From assembly GCF_009914755.1 (NCBI RefSeq), contig NC_060933.1: 64,000 nucleotides of DNA, one strand, 5' to 3'. Positions 35,314-48,894 of this stretch are shown here, piece after piece; the first letter of the stretch is position 1; each line of letters begins with the position of its first letter. A model generated the notes under the pieces. The model had not been told where the DNA came from. It saw only the letters and a program-made list of their open reading frames with translations, and made no database searches. This stretch comes from the human T2T-CHM13v2.0 reference genome, Homo sapiens. Position numbers and translations under genes: made by a program.

Positions 35314-36815
35314 CTAAGGGCCCCCAGGAGCGGGCGCAAAGGGCGGCGGGCCCGCGGGCCAGGGCCCCGCAGCCAGCAGGCTGTCGAGCGTGGCCAGCGC
35401 CCAGTGCAGGGCGGCCCCGGCGTGCGCCAGCTGCCAGGTGAGCCAGGCGCGCTGCGAGGCGCTGGGCTGCGTGCCGCCGGCGGGCCCCGGGAGGAAGGCG
35501 CCCCCCGGGGCCCGAAGCTCGCCCAGGGCCACGTCCAGCCCGCCCAGGTGGTTGACGACTCGCGAGAGCGGGCACGGGAGGGAGACCCAGGCTTCTGGGG
35601 AGTGGCGTCGGCGGCGCTTTGGGGAGGTGGGTCGCTCCTCCCGGACGTCAACGCGGCGTTGCGGGCCGCTCGTCCTCCCTGGCGATCTAGGCCGGTGCTT
35701 TGGCTCCTCCAGGCGCCTCGGGCTGGGAACAGAACCTGCGCGGGAGACAGAGCGGGAGGTGTCAGAGGGACTGCGCGCAGCGCTAGGGGACCCATTTCCA
35801 AGGTCCCGAAGCCGCTCCCGACCCCGCCTCCCCCTGCCCTCCATCCCCCACCCCTCCGCGGCTCGCCTCCGCGCCCCATCCTCTCGGCCCCTCCCTGCAT
35901 CCTGGGGACTCCGGTGCCCCGTCCGGGGTGCCCTCCCCTCCGCCCGTTCAAACTTGAAGCACATCTCATCTGGGGCCACCGGGGGCCCGGGTTCCTGGCG
36001 CACTGAGGGCTTCCTCGGCCCCCTCGGGGCCCCCCACTCCCCGCTCCCCTTCCCGGGGCCCTGCGCCCTCCTCCCCACCCCTCCAAGCTCCCAGCCCCTA
36101 AACCTGCCTCCTCTGCGCTCGTGGGGGCGTCGTGCTCTGCCGGACTCGGGCTTGTCGTGGCCTCGCTCTCCGGCTGGGGCTGGTCGTGGCTTGACCTTCC
36201 GCCCTCGGTTTCCGGTTTCTCTGCCGGGACTGCGAGGGGAGCCGTCGGGGCTTCTCCACCGTTTGTGCCTGGACGCAGAGGCCTCCCGGCTGTGCCCGCT
36301 GGAAGCTGCGGGGGAAGAGGAGGTCGACAGTGAGTGGGCCATGACCCGTCCGTAGACGGCTGCGGGAGGGTTGCAAGGGCCAAGCTCCCAGAGTGACTTC
36401 AAGGCAGGAATGGCTCTGCTCCCAGGTGTCCCCCACCCCCTCCTCTTTCTCCAGCTGCCCAAGACCTCCAGGCCCCACTCCCCTGGTCCCTTCTTGTCTC
36501 CTCACTCTGGCTGTTCCCCAGCTGCCTGGCACCCTCCAGCAAACCCTCCTCCGCGGGCGCACCCAGAGGATGGCCCAGCTGGCGGAGCCACCCAGCACAC
36601 AAAAAGTCTGCCTTTCTTTGACCTTAGGTTTCCCCACCACCTGCCGGATCAGGGCCCGTGGGGCGGGGGCCGCTGCCTTTGTCACCCCAGCTCTAACTCT
36701 CCTGCCTCCCTGGCCCCTGCCACCCCCTCCACACACCAATCCGCACAGACGAGACACTCGACCCTCACTCACCTCGTCCTCTCTCAGAGCCCTCCCGGGT
36801 CTTGCGTGTCTCCAT
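35314..36815 (-). CDS. Predicted 3-exon gene, copy 7
   Basis: Same signals at offset +32598; ORF intact. Confidence 0.58.
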
Positions 36816-37290
36816 CTTCCCCTGCTTTCCACAGGGAGGTCTGTCTTCTCCCGTCTCCTCAAAGGACAGCTTCCCCATCCAGGAAAGAGCTCTGTGTTCC
36901 CGGCGAGGAGGCTCTACCCTCTGGCAGCCTGAGCAGCGCAAGCGGGGCAATGGCCGGTTGGGCGCAGCCGGCGGGCTTTGATAGGGAGCCAGGACCCCCT
37001 GCTGGGAGTTCCCAGGAGGATTGGCTGCGGAAACGCCCACAGGGGCAGGCTACCTTGATTAGGTTAGGCGGGTTGGAGGGGTTCCGCTTTCTCCCTGGGT
37101 CCCTGCCGCTCTGTCTCCGGCAAGTGATGAGCAATTTTGCGGAGTGGCAGAACAGAGACAAAGGTAGCTGTGGGCTTCACGGTAATTTCAAAGGAAGTGC
37201 CCTACTTTGTTGCCCATTTCGAAGGCCTCTCTACCTCTGCGTTGGACGATTTCTCCACTTCCTGGTGTGCACCTGCGTGTGTGCGTGCCT

Positions 37291-37321
<31 letters not shown>

Positions 37322-39235
37322 CGCGCGTGCTGGGGTGTGTGCACACTATGCCGAGAGTCGGGCAAATTTCGAGTGAAGGGAGACCGAGTCCCGCAGGTTC
37401 TCTTGCTCCTGCAGTCTGCGGAGGAAAAACTCCTTTCTGGCACGGCGGCAGGAATCCATCTACCGACGTTAGGAAAGGACAGGGTGTGCTTTCGTCCCAG
37501 CTTAGTTTTCTATGGAGAAACAGGCAGCAGAGGAGAGTGGGCCAGAGGGCCACATTTTGCCCACGACCAGCCAGGTTTGAGTTGGTTCCTCCTAGGCCTC
37601 ACGGTCTGATTTTCTCCTCCCCTTTGTGTACCCGACGGGTGTTGCTGTGAGCTCAGGACCATCCCGGCGGGCTGCGGATGGGATCATCGTGTGTGTATGG
37701 CCACAGCCCTCCGCCTCGCTCGCTCGGTGAGCACGTGAATCAAGGAAGGGGCACACGACTCTAGGCAGGACCCGGCGGGGTGTGGGGAGGAGAAACTCGG
37801 TAAGAGAAGAGAGGGAGAGGGAGACGTGCGAGGCGCAGGCTGTCCCAGGCGAGTCTTAGAAACCGCGTGCGCGGAGACGTCCGCCAGAAAGCAAGCAGGC
37901 GAAAGGAAATGGAACATCCGCAGGGCCGGTGCCGTGGGATCCGGTCACGCCCTGACGGCTTTCGGGGACATCTCAGGCTCGCTGTCTCCGCCTTGGACCT
38001 GGCGCAGAGAGGAGTGAGGCCTGAGGACAGGGCTGCGTGGCCAGCTGGGTGTGGGAGGTGCCAACACAGTAAGGGCTGGTCAAGGGGTGGCCGGGAGCGA
38101 TACGGGGGGGTTGCTCAAGAAATCACCGCTGGAACTGGGATCAAGTCATCCCACTTCTGGACGTATCGCCTAAGGACACGAAATCGGGATGTGGTGCAAA
38201 TATGTGTCCTGCTGCGTTGGTTGTCGGCACGCTACCTGTAACCAAGACGTGGAATCGACCTAAGTGCCCATCAGCAGATGACTAGAGAAGGACAAAGGAG
38301 TGGGGTTCGCAGAAGAAACACATCAGGGAAAGGAAAGGAGAGCCGGTCATCTGGGACGTCATGCACGGACCCAAAAGTCATGGTGCCCAGTGAAATCAGC
38401 CAGGCCCATCCGACCCGTATTGCGTGATCTCCTTGGGATGTGGGATGGAAAGCGGTGAGGATCGCGAAAGTAGAGAGGAGAAAGGTGGTTGGCCGGGCCT
38501 GGGGCCGGGGTAGGGGCAGGGAAAAGATGCCCATGCGAGATGTGGGTCAAAGGGCACAAAGTTTCCGAGAGGCAGGTGGAGTGCTTCCTGGATATCCGTG
38601 GCAGGGCAACGTGAGTACGGTGGAGCAGAATGTAAGGTTCTCGTGAATATACCCACGGGAGTAGAGCTGAAAATTCTCCCGACAGGGACAGGGGACGCAT
38701 GTGGGGCGATAAGTGTGTGAATTCGGCCGATTCTAGTGAATTCCCTAATGAAGACGTCACACACGGTAAGTGTGTATCATATTTATTGTCATTCATACTT
38801 GAAGGCACCGGCGGGGGAAGGAAATAATTAAATCGCAAGACAAAACCTCCAAGAGAGATCACCTCGAAGAGAGTCTAACGTCCGTAGGAACGCTCTCGGG
38901 TTCACAAGGATTGACCGAACCCCAGGATACGTCGCTCTCCATCTGAGGCTTGCTCCAAATGGCCCTCCACTATTCCAGGCACGTGGGTGTCTCCCCTAAC
39001 TCTCCCTGCTCTCCTGAGCCCATGCTGCCTATCACCCATCGGTGCAGGTCCTTTCTGAAGAGCTCGGGTGGATTCTCTCCATCCCACTTCCTTTCCCAAG
39101 AAAGAAGCCACCGTTCCAAGACACCCAATGGGACATTCCCCTTCCACCTCCTTCTCCAAAGTTGCCCAGGTGTTCATCACAGGTTAGGGAGAGAAGCCCC
39201 CAGGTTTCAGTTACAAGGCATAGGACGCTGGCATG

Positions 39236-39276
<41 letters not shown>

Positions 39277-39720
39277 CTCGAAGAGGTAGCCACAAGGGTC
39301 ATTAAACACTTGACGACTGTTTTCCAAAAACGTGGATGCAGTTCATCCACGCCAAAGCCAAGGGTGCAAAGCAAACACGGAATGGTGGAGAGATTCCAGA
39401 GGCTCACCAAACCCTCTCAGGAATATTTTCCTGACCCTGGGGGCAGAGGTTGGAAACATTGAGGACATTTCTTGGGACACACGGAGAAGCTGACCGACCA
39501 GGCATTTTCCTTTCCACTGCAAATGACCTATGGCGGGGGCATTTCACTTTCCCCTGCAAATCACCTATGGCGAGGTACCTCCCCAAGCCCCCACCCCCAC
39601 TTCCGCGAATCGGCATGGCTCGGCCTCTATCCGGGTGTCACTCCAGGTAGGCTTCTCAACGCTCTCGGCTCAAAGAAGGACAATCACAGGTCCAAGCCCA
39701 AAGCCCACACCTCTTCCTTT

Positions 39721-40368
39721 TGTTATACCCACAGAAGTTAGAGAAAACGCCACACTTTGAGACAAATTAAGAGTCCTTTATTTAAGCCGGCGGCCAAAGA
39801 GATGGCTAACGCTCAAAATTCTCTGGGCCCCGAGGAAGGGGCTTGACTAACTTCTATACCTTGGTTTAGGAAGGGGAGGGGAACTCAAATGCGGTAATTC
39901 TACAGAAGTAAAAACATGCAGGAATCAAAAGAAGCAAATGGTTATAGAGAGATAAACAGTTTTAAAAGGCAAATGGTTACAAAAGGCAACGGTACCAGGT
40001 GCGGGGCTCTAAATCCTTCATGACACTTAGATATAGGTGCTATGCTGGACACGAACTCAAGGCTTTATGTTGTTATCTCTTCGAGAAAAATCCTGGGAAC
40101 TTCATGCACTGTTTGTGCCAGTATCTTATCAGTTGATTGGGCTCCCTTGAAATGCTGAGTATCTGCTTACACAGGTCAACTCCTTGCGGAAGGGGGTTGG
40201 GTAAGGAGCCCTTCGTGTCTCGTAAATTAAGGGGTCGATTGGAGTTTGTCCAGCATTCCCAGCTACAGAGAGCCTTATTTACATGAGAAGCAAGGCTAGG
40301 TGATTAAAGAGACCAACAGGGAAGATTCAAAGTAGCGACTTAGAGTAAAAACAAGGTTAGGCATTTCA
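39721..40368 (-). mobile_element. ERV1-class solo LTR, monomer 8
   Basis: Copy of 1699-2346. Confidence 0.9.
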
Positions 40369-40737
40369 CTTTCCCAGAGAACGCGCAAACATTCAATGGG
40401 AGAGAGGTCCCGAGTCGTCAAAGTCCCAGATGTGGCGAGCCCCCGGGAGGAAAAACCGTGTCTTCCTTAGGATGCCCGGAACAAGAGCTAGGCTTCCGGA
40501 GCTAGGCAGCCATCTATGTCCGTGAGCCGGCGGGAGGGAGACCGCCGGGAGGCGAAGTGGGGCGGGGCCATCCTTCTTTCTGCTCTGCTGCTGCCGGGGA
40601 GCTCCTGGCTGGCGTCCAAGCGGCAGGAGGCCGCCGTCCTGCAGGGCGCCGTAGAGTTAGCGGTGCAGAGTCGGGATCGCCTCTGGGGCAGAGGGTTCGA
40701 GCTTTTCCAAGGCGAGGGTGCTGGCTCCCGTGCGCAC

Positions 40738-42239
40738 CTAAGGGCCCCCAGGAGCGGGCGCAAAGGGCGGCGGGCCCGCGGGCCAGGGCCCCGCAGCCAG
40801 CAGGCTGTCGAGCGTGGCCAGCGCCCAGTGCAGGGCGGCCCCGGCGTGCGCCAGCTGCCAGGTGAGCCAGGCGCGCTGCGAGGCGCTGGGCTGCGTGCCG
40901 CCGGCGGGCCCCGGGAGGAAGGCGCCCCCCGGGGCCCGAAGCTCGCCCAGGGCCACGTCCAGCCCGCCCAGGTGGTTGACGACTCGCGAGAGCGGGCACG
41001 GGAGGGAGACCCAGGCTTCTGGGGAGTGGCGTCGGCGGCGCTTTGGGGAGGTGGGTCGCTCCTCCCGGACGTCAACGCGGCGTTGCGGGCCGCTCGTCCT
41101 CCCTGGCGATCTAGGCCGGTGCTTTGGCTCCTCCAGGCGCCTCGGGCTGGGAACAGAACCTGCGCGGGAGACAGAGCGGGAGGTGTCAGAGGGACTGCGC
41201 GCAGCGCTAGGGGACCCATTTCCAAGGTCCCGAAGCCGCTCCCGACCCCGCCTCCCCCTGCCCTCCATCCCCCACCCCTCCGCGGCTCGCCTCCGCGCCC
41301 CATCCTCTCGGCCCCTCCCTGCATCCTGGGGACTCCGGTGCCCCGTCCGGGGTGCCCTCCCCTCCGCCCGTTCAAACTTGAAGCACATCTCATCTGGGGC
41401 CACCGGGGGCCCGGGTTCCTGGCGCACTGAGGGCTTCCTCGGCCCCCTCGGGGCCCCCCACTCCCCGCTCCCCTTCCCGGGGCCCTGCGCCCTCCTCCCC
41501 ACCCCTCCAAGCTCCCAGCCCCTAAACCTGCCTCCTCTGCGCTCGTGGGGGCGTCGTGCTCTGCCGGACTCGGGCTTGTCGTGGCCTCGCTCTCCGGCTG
41601 GGGCTGGTCGTGGCTTGACCTTCCGCCCTCGGTTTCCGGTTTCTCTGCCGGGACTGCGAGGGGAGCCGTCGGGGCTTCTCCACCGTTTGTGCCTGGACGC
41701 AGAGGCCTCCCGGCTGTGCCCGCTGGAAGCTGCGGGGGAAGAGGAGGTCGACAGTGAGTGGGCCATGACCCGTCCGTAGACGGCTGCGGGAGGGTTGCAA
41801 GGGCCAAGCTCCCAGAGTGACTTCAAGGCAGGAATGGCTCTGCTCCCAGGTGTCCCCCACCCCCTCCTCTTTCTCCAGCTGCCCAAGACCTCCAGGCCCC
41901 ACTCCCCTGGTCCCTTCTTGTCTCCTCACTCTGGCTGTTCCCCAGCTGCCTGGCACCCTCCAGCAAACCCTCCTCCGCGGGCGCACCCAGAGGATGGCCC
42001 AGCTGGCGGAGCCACCCAGCACACAAAAAGTCTGCCTTTCTTTGACCTTAGGTTTCCCCACCACCTGCCGGATCAGGGCCCGTGGGGCGGGGGCCGCTGC
42101 CTTTGTCACCCCAGCTCTAACTCTCCTGCCTCCCTGGCCCCTGCCACCCCCTCCACACACCAATCCGCACAGACGAGACACTCGACCCTCACTCACCTCG
42201 TCCTCTCTCAGAGCCCTCCCGGGTCTTGCGTGTCTCCAT
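40738..42239 (-). CDS. Predicted 3-exon gene, copy 8
   Basis: Same signals at offset +38022; ORF intact. Confidence 0.58.
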
Positions 42240-42714
42240 CTTCCCCTGCTTTCCACAGGGAGGTCTGTCTTCTCCCGTCTCCTCAAAGGACAGCTTCCCC
42301 ATCCAGGAAAGAGCTCTGTGTTCCCGGCGAGGAGGCTCTACCCTCTGGCAGCCTGAGCAGCGCAAGCGGGGCAATGGCCGGTTGGGCGCAGCCGGCGGGC
42401 TTTGATAGGGAGCCAGGACCCCCTGCTGGGAGTTCCCAGGAGGATTGGCTGCGGAAACGCCCACAGGGGCAGGCTACCTTGATTAGGTTAGGCGGGTTGG
42501 AGGGGTTCCGCTTTCTCCCTGGGTCCCTGCCGCTCTGTCTCCGGCAAGTGATGAGCAATTTTGCGGAGTGGCAGAACAGAGACAAAGGTAGCTGTGGGCT
42601 TCACGGTAATTTCAAAGGAAGTGCCCTACTTTGTTGCCCATTTCGAAGGCCTCTCTACCTCTGCGTTGGACGATTTCTCCACTTCCTGGTGTGCACCTGC
42701 GTGTGTGCGTGCCT

Positions 42715-42745
<31 letters not shown>

Positions 42746-44679
42746 CGCGCGTGCTGGGGTGTGTGCACACTATGCCGAGAGTCGGGCAAATTTCGAGTGA
42801 AGGGAGACCGAGTCCCGCAGGTTCTCTTGCTCCTGCAGTCTGCGGAGGAAAAACTCCTTTCTGGCACGGCGGCAGGAATCCATCTACCGACGTTAGGAAA
42901 GGACAGGGTGTGCTTTCGTCCCAGCTTAGTTTTCTATGGAGAAACAGGCAGCAGAGGAGAGTGGGCCAGAGGGCCACATTTTGCCCACGACCAGCCAGGT
43001 TTGAGTTGGTTCCTCCTAGGCCTCACGGTCTGATTTTCTCCTCCCCTTTGTGTACCCGACGGGTGTTGCTGTGAGCTCAGGACCATCCCGGCGGGCTGCG
43101 GATGGGATCATCGTGTGTGTATGGCCACAGCCCTCCGCCTCGCTCGCTCGGTGAGCACGTGAATCAAGGAAGGGGCACACGACTCTAGGCAGGACCCGGC
43201 GGGGTGTGGGGAGGAGAAACTCGGTAAGAGAAGAGAGGGAGAGGGAGACGTGCGAGGCGCAGGCTGTCCCAGGCGAGTCTTAGAAACCGCGTGCGCGGAG
43301 ACGTCCGCCAGAAAGCAAGCAGGCGAAAGGAAATGGAACATCCGCAGGGCCGGTGCCGTGGGATCCGGTCACGCCCTGACGGCTTTCGGGGACATCTCAG
43401 GCTCGCTGTCTCCGCCTTGGACCTGGCGCAGAGAGGAGTGAGGCCTGAGGACAGGGCTGCGTGGCCAGCTGGGTGTGGGAGGTGCCAACACAGTAAGGGC
43501 TGGTCAAGGGGTGGCCGGGAGCGATACGGGGGGGTTGCTCAAGAAATCACCGCTGGAACTGGGATTCCAGTCCAGTGGGATACGTCCAGTCATCCCACTT
43601 CTGGACGTATCGCCTAAGGACACGAAATCGGGATGTGGTGCAAATATGTGTCCTGCTGCGTTGGTTGTCGGCACGCTACCTGTAACCAAGACGTGGAATC
43701 GACCTAAGTGCCCATCAGCAGATGACTAGAGAAGGACAAAGGAGTGGGGTTCGCAGAAGAAACACATCAGGGAAAGGAAAGGAGAGCCGGTCATCTGGGA
43801 CGTCATGCACGGACCCAAAAGTCATGGTGCCCAGTGAAATCAGCCAGGCCCATCCGACCCGTATTGCGTGATCTCCTTGGGATGTGGGATGGAAAGCGGT
43901 GAGGATCGCGAAAGTAGAGAGGAGAAAGGTGGTTGGCCGGGCCTGGGGCCGGGGTAGGGGCAGGGAAAAGATGCCCATGCGAGATGTGGGTCAAAGGGCA
44001 CAAAGTTTCCGAGAGGCAGGTGGAGTGCTTCCTGGATATCCGTGGCAGGGCAACGTGAGTACGGTGGAGCAGAATGTAAGGTTCTCGTGAATATACCCAC
44101 GGGAGTAGAGCTGAAAATTCTCCCGACAGGGACAGGGGACGCATGTGGGGCGATAAGTGTGTGAATTCGGCCGATTCTAGTGAATTCCCTAATGAAGACG
44201 TCACACACGGTAAGTGTGTATCATATTTATTGTCATTCATACTTGAAGGCACCGGCGGGGGAAGGAAATAATTAAATCGCAAGACAAAACCTCCAAGAGA
44301 GATCACCTCGAAGAGAGTCTAACGTCCGTAGGAACGCTCTCGGGTTCACAAGGATTGACCGAACCCCAGGATACGTCGCTCTCCATCTGAGGCTTGCTCC
44401 AAATGGCCCTCCACTATTCCAGGCACGTGGGTGTCTCCCCTAACTCTCCCTGCTCTCCTGAGCCCATGCTGCCTATCACCCATCGGTGCAGGTCCTTTCT
44501 GAAGAGCTCGGGTGGATTCTCTCCATCCCACTTCCTTTCCCAAGAAAGAAGCCACCGTTCCAAGACACCCAATGGGACATTCCCCTTCCACCTCCTTCTC
44601 CAAAGTTGCCCAGGTGTTCATCACAGGTTAGGGAGAGAAGCCCCCAGGTTTCAGTTACAAGGCATAGGACGCTGGCATG

Positions 44680-44724
<45 letters not shown>

Positions 44725-45168
44725 CTCGAAGAGGTAGCCACAAGGGTCATTAAACACTTGACGACTGTTTTCCAAAAACGTGGATGCAGTTCATCCACGC
44801 CAAAGCCAAGGGTGCAAAGCAAACACGGAATGGTGGAGAGATTCCAGAGGCTCACCAAACCCTCTCAGGAATATTTTCCTGACCCTGGGGGCAGAGGTTG
44901 GAAACATTGAGGACATTTCTTGGGACACACGGAGAAGCTGACCGACCAGGCATTTTCCTTTCCACTGCAAATGACCTATGGCGGGGGCATTTCACTTTCC
45001 CCTGCAAATCACCTATGGCGAGGTACCTCCCCAAGCCCCCACCCCCACTTCCGCGAATCGGCATGGCTCGGCCTCTATCCGGGTGTCACTCCAGGTAGGC
45101 TTCTCAACGCTCTCGGCTCAAAGAAGGACAATCACAGGTCCAAGCCCAAAGCCCACACCTCTTCCTTT

Positions 45169-45816
45169 TGTTATACCCACAGAAGTTAGAGAAAACGCCA
45201 CACTTTGAGACAAATTAAGAGTCCTTTATTTAAGCCGGCGGCCAAAGAGATGGCTAACGCTCAAAATTCTCTGGGCCCCGAGGAAGGGGCTTGACTAACT
45301 TCTATACCTTGGTTTAGGAAGGGGAGGGGAACTCAAATGCGGTAATTCTACAGAAGTAAAAACATGCAGGAATCAAAAGAAGCAAATGGTTATAGAGAGA
45401 TAAACAGTTTTAAAAGGCAAATGGTTACAAAAGGCAACGGTACCAGGTGCGGGGCTCTAAATCCTTCATGACACTTAGATATAGGTGCTATGCTGGACAC
45501 GAACTCAAGGCTTTATGTTGTTATCTCTTCGAGAAAAATCCTGGGAACTTCATGCACTGTTTGTGCCAGTATCTTATCAGTTGATTGGGCTCCCTTGAAA
45601 TGCTGAGTATCTGCTTACACAGGTCAACTCCTTGCGGAAGGGGGTTGGGTAAGGAGCCCTTCGTGTCTCGTAAATTAAGGGGTCGATTGGAGTTTGTCCA
45701 GCATTCCCAGCTACAGAGAGCCTTATTTACATGAGAAGCAAGGCTAGGTGATTAAAGAGACCAACAGGGAAGATTCAAAGTAGCGACTTAGAGTAAAAAC
45801 AAGGTTAGGCATTTCA
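45169..45816 (-). mobile_element. ERV1-class solo LTR, monomer 9
   Basis: Copy of 1699-2346. Confidence 0.9.
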
Positions 45817-46185
45817 CTTTCCCAGAGAACGCGCAAACATTCAATGGGAGAGAGGTCCCGAGTCGTCAAAGTCCCAGATGTGGTGAGCCCCCGGGAGGAA
45901 AAACCGTGTCTTCCTTAGGATGCCCGGAACAAGAGCTAGGCTTCCGGAGCTAGGCAGCCATCTATGTCCGTGAGCCGGCGGGAGGGAGACCGCCGGGAGG
46001 CGAAGTGGGGCGGGGCCATCCTTCTTTCTGCTCTGCTGCTGCCGGGGAGCTCCTGGCTGGCGTCCAAGCGGCAGGAGGCCGCCGTCCTGCAGGGCGCCGT
46101 AGAGTTTGCGGTGCAGAGTCGGGATCGCCTCTGGGGCAGAGGGTTCGAGCTTTTCCAAGGCGAGGGTGCTGGCTCCCGTGCGCAC

Positions 46186-47687
46186 CTAAGGCCCCCCAGG
46201 AGCGGGCGCAAAGGGCGGCGGGCCCGCGGGCCAGGGCCCCGCAGCCAGCAGGCTGTCGAGCGTGGCCAGCGCCCAGTGCAGGGCGGCCCCGGCGTGCGCC
46301 AGCTGCCAGGTGAGCCAGGCGCGCTGCGAGGCGCTGGGCTGCGTGCCGCCGGCGGGCCCCGGGAGGAAGGCGCCCCCCGGGGCCCGAAGCTCGCCCAGGG
46401 CCACGTCCAGCCCGCCCAGGTGGTTGACGACTCGCGAGAGCGGGCACGGGAGGGAGACCCAGGCTTCTGGGGAGTGGCGTCGGCGGCGCTTTGGGGAGGT
46501 GGGTCGCTCCTCCCGGACGTCAACGCGGCGTTGCGGGCCGCTCGTCCTCCCTGGCGATCTAGGCCGGTGCTTTGGCTCCTCCAGGCGCCTCGGGCTGGGA
46601 ACAGAACCTGCGCGGGAGACAGAGCGGGAGGTGTCAGAGGGACTGCGCGCAGCGCTAGGGGACCCATTTCCAAGGTCCCGAAGCCGCTCCCGACCCCGCC
46701 TCCCCCTGCCCTCCATCCCCCACCCCTCCGCGGCTCGCCTCCGCGCCCCATCCTCTCGGCCCCTCCCTGCATCCTGGGGACTCCGGTGCCCCGTCCGGGG
46801 TGCCCTCCCCTCCGCCCGTTCAAACTTGAAGCACATCTCATCTGGGGCCACCGGGGGCCCGGGTTCCTGGCGCACTGAGGGCTTCCTCGGCCCCCTCGGG
46901 GCCCCCCACTCCCCGCTCCCCTTCCCGGGGCCCTGCGCCCTCCTCCCCACCCCTCCAAGCTCCCAGCCCCTAAACCTGCCTCCTCTGCGCTCGTGGGGGC
47001 GTCGTGCTCTGCCGGACTCGGGCTTGTCGTGGCCTCGCTCTCCGGCTGGGGCTGGTCGTGGCTTGACCTTCCGCCCTCGGTTTCCGGTTTCTCTGCCGGG
47101 ACTGCGAGGGGAGCCGTCGGGGCTTCTCCACCGTTTGTGCCTGGACGCAGAGGCCTCCCGGCTGTGCCCGCTGGAAGCTGCGGGGGAAGAGGAGGTCGAC
47201 AGTGAGTGGGCCATGACCCGTCCGTAGACGGCTGCGGGAGGGTTGCAAGGGCCAAGCTCCCAGAGTGACTTCAAGGCAGGAATGGCTCTGCTCCCAGGTG
47301 TCCCCCACCCCCTCCTCTTTCTCCAGCTGCCCAAGACCTCCAGGCCCCACTCCCCTGGTCCCTTCTTGTCTCCTCACTCTGGCTGTTCCCCAGCTGCCTG
47401 GCACCCTCCAGCAAACCCTCCTCCGCGGGCGCACCCAGAGGATGGCCCAGCTGGCGGAGCCACCCAGCACACAAAAAGTCTGCCTTTCTTTGACCTTAGG
47501 TTTCCCCACCACCTGCCGGATCAGGGCCCGTGGGGCGGGGACCGCTGCCTTTGTCACCCCAGCTCTAACTCTCCTGCCTCCCTGGCCCCTGCCACCCCCT
47601 CCACACACCAATCCGCACAGACGAGACACTCGACCCTCACTCACCTCGTCCTCTCTCAGAGCCCTCCCGGTTCTTGCGGGTCTCCAT
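46186..47687 (-). CDS. Predicted 3-exon gene, copy 9
   Basis: Same signals at offset +43470; ORF intact. Confidence 0.58.
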
Positions 47688-48894
47688 CTTCCCCTGCTTT
47701 CCACAGGGAGGTCTGTCTTCTCCCGTCTCCTCAAGGGACAGCTTCCCCATTCAGGAAAGAGCTCTGTGTTCCCGGCGAGGAGGCTCTACCCTCTGGCAGC
47801 CTGAGCAGCGCAAGCGGGGAAATGGCCGGTTGGGCGCAGCCGGCGGGCTTTGATAGGGAGCCAGGACCCCCTGCTGGGTGTTCCCAGGAGGATTGGCTGC
47901 GGACACGCCCACAGGCGCAGGCTACCTTGATTAGGTTAGGCGGGTTGGAGGGGTTCCGCTTTCTCCCTGGGTCCCTGCCGCTCTGTCTCCGGCAAGTGAT
48001 GAGCAATTTTGCGGAGTGGCAGAACAGAGACAAAGGTAGCTGTGGGCTTCACGGTAATTTCAAAGGAAGTGCCCTACTTCGTTGCCCATTTCGAAGTCCT
48101 CTCTACCTCTGCGTTGGACGATTTCTCCACTTCCTGGTGTGCACCTGCGTGTGTGCGTGCCTGTGTGTGTGTGTGTGTGTGTGCGCGCGCGCGCGTGCTG
48201 GGGTGTGTGCACACTATGCCGAGAGTCGGGCAAATTTCGAGTGAAGGGAGACCGAGTCCCGCAGGTTCTCTTGCTCCTGCAGTCTGCGGAGGAAAAACTC
48301 CTTTCTGGCACGGCGGCAGGAATCCATCTACCGACGTTAGGAAAGGACAGGGTGTGCTTTCGTCCCAGCTTAGTTTTCTATGGAGAAACAGGCAGCAGAG
48401 GAGAGTGGGCCAGAGGGCCACATTTTGCCCACGACCAGCCAGGTTTGAGTTGGTTCCTCCTAGGCCTCACGGTCTGATTTTCTCCTCCCCTTTGTGTACC
48501 CGACGGGTGTTGCTGTGAGCTCAGGACCATCCCGGCGGGCTGCGGATGGGATCATCGTGTGTGTATGGCCACAGCCCTCCGCCTCGCTCGCTCGGTGAGC
48601 ACGTGAATCAAGGAAGGGGCACACGACTCTAGGCAGGACCCGGCGGGGTGTGGGGAGGAGAAACTCGGTAAGAGAAGAGAGGGAGAGGGAGACGTGCGAG
48701 GCGCAGGCTGTCCCAGGCGAGTCTGAGAAACGGCGTGCGCGGAGACGTCCGCCAGAAAGCAAGCAGGCGAAAGGAAATGGAACATCCGCAGGGCCGGTGC
48801 CGTGGGATCCGGTCACGCCCTGACGGCTTTCGGGGACATCTCAGGCTCGCTGTCTCTGCCTTGGACCTGGCGCAGAGAGGAGTGAGGCCTGAGG

